From contig DATFHN010000109.1 of NCBI GenBank assembly GCA_035248365.1, positions 8,682 to 72,681 of the forward strand: a stretch of 64,000 nucleotides of DNA, given 5' to 3'. The position numbers were made by a program, and so were the translations under genes. Origin of the DNA: Pseudonocardiaceae bacterium (GTDB lineage Bacteria; Actinomycetota; Actinomycetes; Mycobacteriales; Pseudonocardiaceae). The first letter of the stretch is position 1. Each line of letters opens with the position of its first letter. The notes beneath the pieces were generated by a model. It was given only the letters and a program-made list of their open reading frames with translations, made no database searches and was not told where the DNA came from. Shown here one piece after another: positions 56,426 to 64,000 of this stretch.

Positions 56426-57175
56426 ATGACCAACGACCTGCCCGGCCGCCCGCCCATCGTCGACCGCGACACCTGGCAGAGCGCCCGGGACGAGCTGCTG
56501 GTCCGCGAGAAGGCGCACACCCGCGAGGGCGACGCCATCGCCGCGGCCCGCCGCAGGCTGCCGATGGTCGAGTTCGACGGGACGGCCGAGGTGGTCGGGG
56601 CGAATGGCCCGGTGCCGTTCCTGGACCTGTTCCAGGGCCGCGACGAACTCGTGGTCTACAAGCACATGTGGTACGACGGCGCGCCGCACCAGGGCCAGTG
56701 CGAAGGCTGCACCACCACGGCCTGGCACCTCAACGACGCGGTCTATCTCAACGCCAGCGGCGTTTCCTTCGCCGTCACCACCAAGGCCCCGTGGGAGGAG
56801 ATCCCGCCCTACCTGGAGTTCATGGGCTACACCCAGCCCTGGTATTCGGTGCGGGATCTGCCGTGGCCGATCGGCCGCAACATGGGCAGCATCACCTGCT
56901 ACCTGCGCGACGGCGACCGCACGTTCGTCACCTACGCCACCACCGGCCGGGGCAACGAGGTGGTCAACCCGGCGCTGGCCCTGCTCGACATGACGCCCTA
57001 CGGCCGCCGCGAGAGCTGGCAGGACACCCCGGACGGCTGGCCGGAGGGCAACCACTCCTGCTGGTCCTGGCGCACCGACGTGGACGGAAAGTCCACCTGG
57101 GGCCCGACCGGCCGCCCCACACCGCAGTGGTCGCGCCCCGGCGCTACTCCGGAGCAGACGCTCGGCCGGCACTGA
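56426..57175 (+). CDS. DUF899 thioredoxin-like protein
   Basis: 'LLVREKAHTREGDAIAAARRRLPMV', 'CEGC', 'LDMTPYGR'. Confidence 0.9.
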   Translation: MTNDLPGRPPIVDRDTWQSARDELLVREKAHTREGDAIAAARRRLPMVEFDGTAEVVGANGPVPFLDLFQGRDELVVYKHMWYDGAPHQGQCEGCTTTAWHLNDAVYLNASGVSFAVTTKAPWEEIPPYLEFMGYTQPWYSVRDLPWPIGRNMGSITCYLRDGDRTFVTYATTGRGNEVVNPALALLDMTPYGRRESWQDTPDGWPEGNHSCWSWRTDVDGKSTWGPTGRPTPQWSRPGATPEQTLGRH

Positions 57176-57755
57176 GCCCGGTCAGCAGCGCGTTCAGGCC
57201 GAGGCGCCAGCGGCGGTCCACCGACTGCCGGGACGCGCCCATGCGCTGCGCGCTCTCCGCCGACGCCAGTCCTTCGACGAACGCGAACAGCACCTGCGCG
57301 ATGTCGACCGGGTCGCCCGCCAGGCGGCCCGCGTCGACGGCGGCCCGCACCCGCCGCACGAAGATCTTGCGCACCGCGACGCCCGCCTTGTCGTCCTCGG
57401 GGGTCGGCACGAAGTCGGCGAACGGCCGGGAGAACATGACCTGGGCCAGGACCGGGTTGGCCAGCACGAACCGGCGGAAGGACTCGGCGAGTTCGCGCAG
57501 CGCGTCCAGCGGGTCCTCGGCCGGTACCGCCTCGGCGAGTTCGTCACCGAGCAGCCGGAACCCTTCGAAGAAGACTTCCCTGATCAGCCCGGCCTTGTCG
57601 CCGAAGACCTCGTAGATCGCGGGAAGGGAGGCCGACGACCGTTGCGCGACGGTTCTGGTGGTCAGTCCGGCCACGCCGTCCTCGGCGAGCACGGCGAGCG
57701 CGCTGGCCAGGCCACGCTCGCGCAACGCGTCGGTCCGTTGTTTCGCCCTCGGCAT
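57144..57755 (-). CDS. TetR-family transcriptional regulator
   Basis: 'GLTTRTVAQ...SLPAIYEVFGDK' HTH. Confidence 0.9.
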   Translation of the reverse strand: MPRAKQRTDALRERGLASALAVLAEDGVAGLTTRTVAQRSSASLPAIYEVFGDKAGLIREVFFEGFRLLGDELAEAVPAEDPLDALRELAESFRRFVLANPVLAQVMFSRPFADFVPTPEDDKAGVAVRKIFVRRVRAAVDAGRLAGDPVDIAQVLFAFVEGLASAESAQRMGASRQSVDRRWRLGLNALLTGLSAGRASAPE

Positions 57756-57759
57756 TCCG

Positions 57760-57807
57760 GTAACTTAACACATGTTACGTAACAACGATACGGAACGATG
57801 TTATGCT
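57760..57807. promoter_or_regulatory. TetR operator palindromes and two divergent leaderless -10 boxes
   Basis: TAACA-CA-TGTTA (57766-57777), TGTTACGTAACA (57773-57784); TAAGTT and TATGCT each 6 nt before a start codon. Confidence 0.55.
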
Positions 57808-57813
57808 CGCGTC

Positions 57814-58761
57814 GTGACCGAAGCCGTTCTCCGCGTCCTGCGTGACCGCAAGCAGCAAGGCAGCATCCCCGGCCGGCGCACCGACGACGCAAGGGTCGTC
57901 CTGCTCATCGAGGGCGGCAGCTCGCGCGGCGCCTACTCCAGCGGTATGACCATCGCCATCGAGCAACTCGGGCTGCTGCCCCTGTTCGACGCCGTCTACG
58001 GCAGCTCGGCGGGCGCGCTGAACGGGGCGTGGCTGCTGTGCGGCCGCGCCGACGCGACCAAACACGCCTGGTGGGACCGGACCATCATGCGCGGCACCAT
58101 CGAACCGCGCCGGATCCTGCGCGGGCGGCCGGTGGTGGACACCGAGTTCCTGGTGCACACCGTCTACACCCGGATCATGCCGATGGGTTTCCAGGAAGTC
58201 CTGGACAACCCGGTCGAGTTCCACCCGATCACCACCGACGCCCGCACCGGCCAGCCCACCGATCTGCACGAGCACCTCCGCGACCAGGCCGGTCTGCAGG
58301 CCGCGCTGCGCGCGTCGACCGCGATGCCGCTGCTCGCGGGCAAGCCGATCGAGATCGACGGGCGGCGCTACATCGACGCGGGCGTGAGCGAATCGGTGCC
58401 GATCCGCACCGCGCTCAGCCAGGGCGCGACCCACGTCGTGGCGCTGCGCACCAAGCGGCTCGATGAACTGACCACGGCCCCGTCCGGCGTCGAACGGCTG
58501 GTGCTGTCGCGCTGGTTCGCCCGCAACGCACCCGGCGGCCTCGCGCCGTGGCTCGGCCGCGAGGCCATCCGGGCCGAAGAAGAACGGCTGCTGGCCGCGC
58601 ATCCGGCGGTATTGCAGATCCGCCCGCCGATCGGCAGCGTCGAGATCGGCCGGACCGAACGCGGTGAGGTCCCGCTGCGCGCCGCCGTCGAGACCGGCAG
58701 GCGGGCGGCCTGGGACGCGCTGGCGCCGGCCGTCGACGACGTCGCCCAGCCGACGACCTGA
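57814..58761 (+). CDS. Patatin-like phospholipase
   Basis: 'EGGSSRG', 'GSSAG', 'DAG' motifs. Confidence 0.88.
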   Translation: MTEAVLRVLRDRKQQGSIPGRRTDDARVVLLIEGGSSRGAYSSGMTIAIEQLGLLPLFDAVYGSSAGALNGAWLLCGRADATKHAWWDRTIMRGTIEPRRILRGRPVVDTEFLVHTVYTRIMPMGFQEVLDNPVEFHPITTDARTGQPTDLHEHLRDQAGLQAALRASTAMPLLAGKPIEIDGRRYIDAGVSESVPIRTALSQGATHVVALRTKRLDELTTAPSGVERLVLSRWFARNAPGGLAPWLGREAIRAEEERLLAAHPAVLQIRPPIGSVEIGRTERGEVPLRAAVETGRRAAWDALAPAVDDVAQPTT

Positions 58762-58785
58762 TGGCTGGGCGACATCATCCGAGCA

Positions 58786-60354
58786 CTACCAGCCGATGCC
58801 GCCAGGCAGCGCGGGCCCGCTCGGCGCGAGCGTCGCCTGGCTGGTGGTGTCGGGCGGCGGGACGGCGGCACATGTCGCGCCGGGCGCGGGCAGGGTGCCG
58901 TTGATCAGGTAGTCGTCCACGGTGCCCTCGGTGCAGTCACTGTGCGGGTAGGCGCCGTGGCCCCAGCCCAGATACGTGACGAACCGGGCCGCCGAACGCA
59001 GTTGCGTGGCGTCGTCGAGCGCCCAGACGTAGGGCGTCGCCGGGTCGTGCACCGAGTTCAGCTCCAGCAGCGGCACGTCCGCGTGCACGTTCAGCCGCTG
59101 CTGCGGGTCGTTCACCGGACCGGTCCAGCCGAGGCAGGAAGCGAACACCGGCCAGGCCACCGGCGAGGTGCGCAGCTGCGGCGCGACCGCGTTGGTGAGC
59201 GCGAAATCCCGCTGGAACTGGGCAAAGCCGGATACCGGCAGCGACCAGTCCTCGCAGAACACCGGCAACGGGTACTGGCTCAGCGTCGCGCTCGTCGCCG
59301 CCGCGTGCGGGATGGCGACGGCGCCCGGCGTGCCGGTGTACAGCTCCTTCATGCCGGTGGCCAGGTTCGCCCACCGCGGACCGTAGAGCTGGTTGACCGC
59401 CTGCCCACTGAGATCGAGCCAGGTCAGCTTGGTTGTCGTGCCGGGGATCGTGAGCGTGCCCGCGTCGGCCCGCTGTTGCAGCTGCGACCAGATCGCCCGC
59501 ACGTCCTGACCGTGCAGGGCACACGTGCTGTCCCGGTCGCACCAGGCCTCGAACTGGTCGAACGAGTCCTCGTCGGTCGCGGCCTCGGTCAGCAGGAACG
59601 GCGTCGTCGACAACGAGTGGTCCATGTTCGAGTCGATCACCATGGCCCGGATCCGGTCCGGGAACAGCTCGGCGTATTCCTGGCCGATCAGCGTGCCGTA
59701 GGAGACGCCGTAGTAGCTGATCTTCGGCGCGCCGAGCGCGGCCCGGATCGCGTCCATGTCGCGGTCGACGCTCACGGTGTCCACGTGGTCGAAGATCGCG
59801 CCGGTGTTGGCCTTGCAGTCGGCGTCGAGCTTCTTGTTGTAGGCCAGCATCGCCGCGTAGTCGGCCGCGTTGGACGGCACCGGGAACGGTGTCTGCGCCA
59901 GCAGGCTCGTCGAGCACTGCACCGGGTCGCTGCGGTTGGTGCCGCGCGGGTCGAACCCGATGATGTCGAAGTGCTGGAGGATCTGCGGGTTGAAGAAACC
60001 GGCCGCCTCAAGGGCGAAATCGACCCCGGAGCCGCCCGGCCCGCCCGGGTTGATCAGCAGCGGTCCGTCGTCCTGGGCCGGGTCGGCCGCGGCCTGCCGG
60101 TCGATGGCCAGGCCGAAGGTGGGGCCGCTGGGATCGGACCAGTCGATCGGCACCTGGATGGTGGCGCAGCGGATGGTCGGATCGTCGGGCTTTTCCGGGC
60201 ACGCCTGCCAGTTGATGGCCGAGGGCCGGAACCCGCCGGTGGTGACGTGGTTGTCGGCGCCGGCCGCACTCGCCGGGGTGACCCCGACGATGGCGAGCGT
60301 GACGCTGGTGATGGCCGTGCCGCATAAGGCGGCGAGCCGCATCGCGCGGTGCAC
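58786..60354 (-). CDS. Secreted alpha/beta-hydrolase (TAP/tripeptidyl aminopeptidase-like)
   Basis: 'NPGGPGGSG', 'FDPRG', 'GVSYG', 'HDPATP', 'GHG'; signal peptide. Confidence 0.9.
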   Translation of the reverse strand: MHRAMRLAALCGTAITSVTLAIVGVTPASAAGADNHVTTGGFRPSAINWQACPEKPDDPTIRCATIQVPIDWSDPSGPTFGLAIDRQAAADPAQDDGPLLINPGGPGGSGVDFALEAAGFFNPQILQHFDIIGFDPRGTNRSDPVQCSTSLLAQTPFPVPSNAADYAAMLAYNKKLDADCKANTGAIFDHVDTVSVDRDMDAIRAALGAPKISYYGVSYGTLIGQEYAELFPDRIRAMVIDSNMDHSLSTTPFLLTEAATDEDSFDQFEAWCDRDSTCALHGQDVRAIWSQLQQRADAGTLTIPGTTTKLTWLDLSGQAVNQLYGPRWANLATGMKELYTGTPGAVAIPHAAATSATLSQYPLPVFCEDWSLPVSGFAQFQRDFALTNAVAPQLRTSPVAWPVFASCLGWTGPVNDPQQRLNVHADVPLLELNSVHDPATPYVWALDDATQLRSAARFVTYLGWGHGAYPHSDCTEGTVDDYLINGTLPAPGATCAAVPPPDTTSQATLAPSGPALPGGIGW

Positions 60355-60484
60355 AAGAACCTCCCCTGATTCGCTCCGCTCACTCCCCGCAAGCGGATCG
60401 GCGCCTTCAGTCAACCATCGGGCTCCGCCACCCGACCGGCGAACGGGACGAATCAGGGTCAAGATCAGGGGCGACCCTGAGCCG

Positions 60485-61366
60485 TCACGACCAGTACAGC
60501 CGCATCGGGTTGTCCACCAGCAACAACTGTCGTGCCTGCTCAGTGGGTGCGATGCGGGGCAGCAGGTCGACCAGCACGCCGTCGTCGGGCATGTGGCTGC
60601 GCAGGTTGGGATGCGGCCAGTCGGTGCCCCACAGCACCCGGTCCGGGAACTCCGCGACCAGCGCGGCGGCGAACGGAACGACGTCGTCGTAGCCGGGCGG
60701 GCCGGACACGGTGAGCCGGTCGGGGCAGGTGACCTTGACCCAGAACCGCGGATTTTCCCGCAGCAGCCTGCGGAACAGCCCGAACTCCGGCCCGTCGACC
60801 GGCTTGCGCACGTCCGGACGGCCCATGTGGTCGACGACGACCGGGGTGGGCAGGCTGGTCAGGAAATCCCAGCGCTCGGCCAGGTCCGCCGCTTCGAAGT
60901 AGGCGACGACGTGCCAGCCGAAGGCGGCGATGCGCGCGGCGATCTCCTGGTAGTAGGCGTCCGGTTTCGGGTCGACGAGCCTGCGCACGAAGTTGAACCG
61001 CACCCCGCGAACGCCCGCATCGTGCAAATGCGCCAGTTGCTCGTCGGTGACGTCGCCGCGCACCGTGGCCACTCCCCTGGCCCGGTCACCGGCGACGCGC
61101 AGCGCGTCGACCATCGCGCTGTTGTCCGCGCCGTGACAGGTCGCCTGCACGATGACGTTGCGGGTGATGCCGAGGAAATCGCGCAGCGCGAACAACTGGT
61201 CCTTGCTCGCGTCGACCGGCGTGTACTTGCGTTCCGGCGCATAGGGAAACGTGTCGCCGGGGCCGAAGACGTGACAGTGCGCGTCGACCGAACCGGGCGG
61301 CAGAACGAACTCCGGCTTCGCCGGGCTCGGGTGAAAGGGCAGGTAGTCGGCGTCAGCGGTGAACAT
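60485..61366 (-). CDS. ligI: 2-pyrone-4,6-dicarboxylate lactonase
   Basis: 'DAHCHVFGP', 'VQATCHGADN', 'RGVRFNFV', 'WGTDWPHPN'. Confidence 0.88.
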   Translation of the reverse strand: MFTADADYLPFHPSPAKPEFVLPPGSVDAHCHVFGPGDTFPYAPERKYTPVDASKDQLFALRDFLGITRNVIVQATCHGADNSAMVDALRVAGDRARGVATVRGDVTDEQLAHLHDAGVRGVRFNFVRRLVDPKPDAYYQEIAARIAAFGWHVVAYFEAADLAERWDFLTSLPTPVVVDHMGRPDVRKPVDGPEFGLFRRLLRENPRFWVKVTCPDRLTVSGPPGYDDVVPFAAALVAEFPDRVLWGTDWPHPNLRSHMPDDGVLVDLLPRIAPTEQARQLLLVDNPMRLYWS

Positions 61367-62351
61367 CGTGGCCCTTCAGGCGTGGGTAGACGCGCCGCGC
61401 GTTGGTCTCGTAGACCTTGGCGCGGTCGGCGTCGGTGATCGTGGCCGCGTCGACGTAGCGGCGGGTGTCGTCGTAGTGGTGCCCGGTGCGCGGATCGATG
61501 CCGCGCACCGCGCCGATCATCTCCGAGCCGAACAGGATGTTGCCGGTGTCGATCACGTCGAACAGCAGGTCGATGCCGGACTGGTGGTAGACGCAGGTGT
61601 CGAAGAAGACGCCGCGCATCACCTGCTCGTCCGGTTCGGGCTTGCCGAGCATGTCGGCGAGACCGCGATAGCGGCCCCAGTGATAGGGCACCGCGCCGCC
61701 GCCGTGCGGGATGACGAAGCGCAGCCCGGGCAGGTCGCTGAACAGGTCCGACTGGAGGAACTGCATGAAGGCCGTGGTGTCCGCGTTGAGGTAGTGCGCG
61801 CCGGTGGCGTGGAAGTTCGGGTTGGCCGAGGCCGACACGTGCACCATCGCGGGCACGTCCAGTTCGATCATGGCCTCGTAGAACGGGTACCAGCTGCGAT
61901 CGGTCAGCGGCGGCGCGGTCCAGTGCCCGCCGCTCGGGTCCGGGTTCAGGTTGCACCCGACGAACCCGAGTTGCTCGACGCAGCGGCGCAGTTCCCCGAT
62001 CGAACGCTCGATCGGCACCCCCGGCGACTGCGGCAGCTGGCAGACGCCGGCGAACCGGTCCGGGAACAGCGTGACCACGCGGTGGATCAGGTCGTTGCTG
62101 ACCCGCGCCCACTCCGCGCTGACCCGCTCGTCGCCGACGTGGTGGGCCATCGCGGACGCGCGCGGCGAGAAGATGGTCAGGTCGATGCCGCGCTCGTCCA
62201 TCAGCCGCAACTGGTTGCCCGCCAAGGATTCGCGGATCTCGTCGTCGCTGATCGACGGGTATGGGGGTGCGCTACCCGTGCGCTGCTGCTCGCGCCAGGC
62301 GGTGTGCGCGGCGGGCACGGTGGTGTAGTGGCCGTGGCAGTCGATGATCAC
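61353..62351 (-). CDS. ligJ: 4-oxalomesaconate hydratase
   Basis: 'IIDCHGHYT', 'FSPRASAMAHH', 'TGAHYLNADT', 'IPHGGGAVPYHWGRYRG', 'SEMIGAVRGIDP'. Confidence 0.9.
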   Translation of the reverse strand: MIIDCHGHYTTVPAAHTAWREQQRTGSAPPYPSISDDEIRESLAGNQLRLMDERGIDLTIFSPRASAMAHHVGDERVSAEWARVSNDLIHRVVTLFPDRFAGVCQLPQSPGVPIERSIGELRRCVEQLGFVGCNLNPDPSGGHWTAPPLTDRSWYPFYEAMIELDVPAMVHVSASANPNFHATGAHYLNADTTAFMQFLQSDLFSDLPGLRFVIPHGGGAVPYHWGRYRGLADMLGKPEPDEQVMRGVFFDTCVYHQSGIDLLFDVIDTGNILFGSEMIGAVRGIDPRTGHHYDDTRRYVDAATITDADRAKVYETNARRVYPRLKGHDVHR

Positions 62352-63190
62352 GTCAGCGTCTCCCTGATCCGATCGAGCATGTCGAGCAGTTCCTCCCCGT
62401 CCAGTGCGTCGCGCCGCCCGGCGGCCCAGTCCTGCCGTTGCGCGGCGGCCAGCGACATCAACGGTTCCACTCCGGTACCGGCCACGGTCGCGGCCGCTTC
62501 GCGCATCTCTTCGGCTCGCCGCGTGCCGTGTTCGACCGACCGCGAGATCAGATAACCGGCCAGCTTCGCCCAGTCGTCGGCCGGAAACAGGTTGCCCAGC
62601 GAGTCGAGCACCCGATCCTGCACGCCCCAGGCCCGCGCGGCCAGCATCGACTCCATGGCCAGCGCCTCGATGCCCTTCACCAGCACCGACCGGCACAACT
62701 TCGTCGCCGACGCGGGCCCAACGGTGTCGGCAAACGGCTCCATCCCGGTAAATCCGAGCGACCTGGCGAACCCGGCGAACTCCGTCGCATGTGGACCGCC
62801 GAGCAGGATCGGCGCGGCCAGCCGCTTCGGGTTGATCGGCGACATCACCGCCGCCTCCACATACCGTCCGCCGGCACGCTCGACGGCATCGGCCGCCCGC
62901 TGTTTCTGTTCCGGTGCGGCCGAATTCAGATCAAGAAACCAAGCGCCCGGCTCCAGCCCGGCCGCGACGGACCTAGCCGCCGCCTCGGCATTGGCCGCCG
63001 TGACCGCGCTGATCACCAGGTCCGCGCCGCTCGCGCTCGAATCTGGCGTGACGCCGAGCCGGGCGGCGTTGCGGCTGGCCCGGGAATCCGGATCGGCGAA
63101 GGCGACGTCCCAGGCGCGCAACCGCGCGTCCAGATCCTGGGCCAGTACCGACCCCACCTCGCCAAGGCCGAGCAGCAGCACGTCGGTCAC
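62348..63190 (-). CDS. NAD(P)-dependent oxidoreductase (6PGD/HIBADH-like, DUF1932)
   Basis: 'LLGLGEVG', 'TKLCRSVLVKG', 'HGTRRAEEM'. Confidence 0.85.
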   Translation of the reverse strand: MTDVLLLGLGEVGSVLAQDLDARLRAWDVAFADPDSRASRNAARLGVTPDSSASGADLVISAVTAANAEAAARSVAAGLEPGAWFLDLNSAAPEQKQRAADAVERAGGRYVEAAVMSPINPKRLAAPILLGGPHATEFAGFARSLGFTGMEPFADTVGPASATKLCRSVLVKGIEALAMESMLAARAWGVQDRVLDSLGNLFPADDWAKLAGYLISRSVEHGTRRAEEMREAAATVAGTGVEPLMSLAAAQRQDWAAGRRDALDGEELLDMLDRIRETLT

Positions 63191-64000
63191 GCGCTCACCT
63201 CCGCCGCCACAACTGGTTCGGCGAGATCGACATTCTTGGTCTCCGGCCCCATCAACGCGCCGATCAACACCAGCGCCCCGCCGAGCACCAGCAGCACGAC
63301 GCCGGTATAACCGGCGGGCATCAGGTGACCGAGCCAGCCCTGGTAGTAGGCGTAGAACGAGGTCAGGATCAGCGGCGTGCTGTAGCCGAGGCCGAACCCG
63401 CTGCCGCGCACCGAGGCCGGGAACCGTTCACACAGGTAGGACGGGGTGACCGCGAACGTGCTTCCGCCGAACAGCCGGATGATCAACGTCAACACGAGCA
63501 CCGCGCCGAACCCGGACCAGGCACCGGTGATGATCGTGCCGAACGCGGCCGCGCACACCACCCCGATGCCGATCCCCGACCAGGCCATGAACCTGCGCCG
63601 CCCGATCCGTTCGGACAGCAACCCGAGATACGGGAACAACACCGAGTGGATGGCCTGCACGATGACCAGAGCGGCGGTCACGCTGGTCGCGGACACGTGC
63701 GCCTGGAACTGCAACGCGCTGGGCAGCAGGCCGGTGGCGATGTTGGAGGCGAACCAGATGCCGCTCATCAGCACGAACACCTGCACGAACTGGCGCCGCG
63801 AACTGCCGATCAGCACGTCGCGGATGGGCGTGCGGGTCTTGCGCGTTGTCTCCCAGGTTTCCGATTCGGCCACCGTGCGCGCGTAGTAGACGCAGAACAC
63901 CGCGCACAGCACCGCGCCGATCAGGAACGGCACCCGCCAGCCCCAGCTGAGGTAGGCCGAGTGCGAGGTGATCTTCAGCATCACGAACGTGATCAGCGAG
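63187..64000 (-). CDS. MFS transporter (MHS-like), 5' end outside window
   Basis: 'WGWRVPFLIG', 'SERIGRR', 'ERFPASVRGSG', 'PETK'. Confidence 0.85.
   Translation of the reverse strand, partial: SLITFVMLKITSHSAYLSWGWRVPFLIGAVLCAVFCVYYARTVAESETWETTRKTRTPIRDVLIGSSRRQFVQVFVLMSGIWFASNIATGLLPSALQFQAHVSATSVTAALVIVQAIHSVLFPYLGLLSERIGRRRFMAWSGIGIGVVCAAAFGTIITGAWSGFGAVLVLTLIIRLFGGSTFAVTPSYLCERFPASVRGSGFGLGYSTPLILTSFYAYYQGWLGHLMPAGYTGVVLLVLGGALVLIGALMGPETKNVDLAEPVVAAEVSA

Overview
Very high-GC actinomycete DNA; gene style suggests a Pseudonocardiales-like organism (inference). 1-16.3 kb holds regulators, a Cys-rich secreted protein, a LacI-controlled sugar ABC/GH3 locus, a P450, an AlkZ-like glycosylase and a secreted GH65. 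16.3-56.3 kb reads as one coherent general-stress island. About 20 near-identical SigB/SigF-type promoters (G[T/A/G/C][A/T]T-N15/16-GGG[T/A/C]A[T/G/C/A], mostly GTAT-N15-GGGTAN) precede nearly every transcription unit there, many 9-10 nt before the start codon. The island encodes a SigF-family sigma factor, four STAS-domain proteins, a selenocysteine formate dehydrogenase (in-frame UGA plus SECIS, split in the ORF track), the full selA/selB/selC/selD set, a lone ctaD, pyruvate oxidase, an FAD/Fe-S hydroxy-acid dehydrogenase, acetate channels, GH15, CorA, Pit and hemerythrin. It also carries several unannotated small ORFs and unknown proteins that the promoter motif reveals. 56.4-64 kb holds DUF899, TetR/patatin, a secreted peptidase and protocatechuate 4,5-cleavage genes (ligI/ligJ). 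No CRISPR array, rRNA, transposase or integrase was seen. All family calls come from motif recognition by eye, not database searches.
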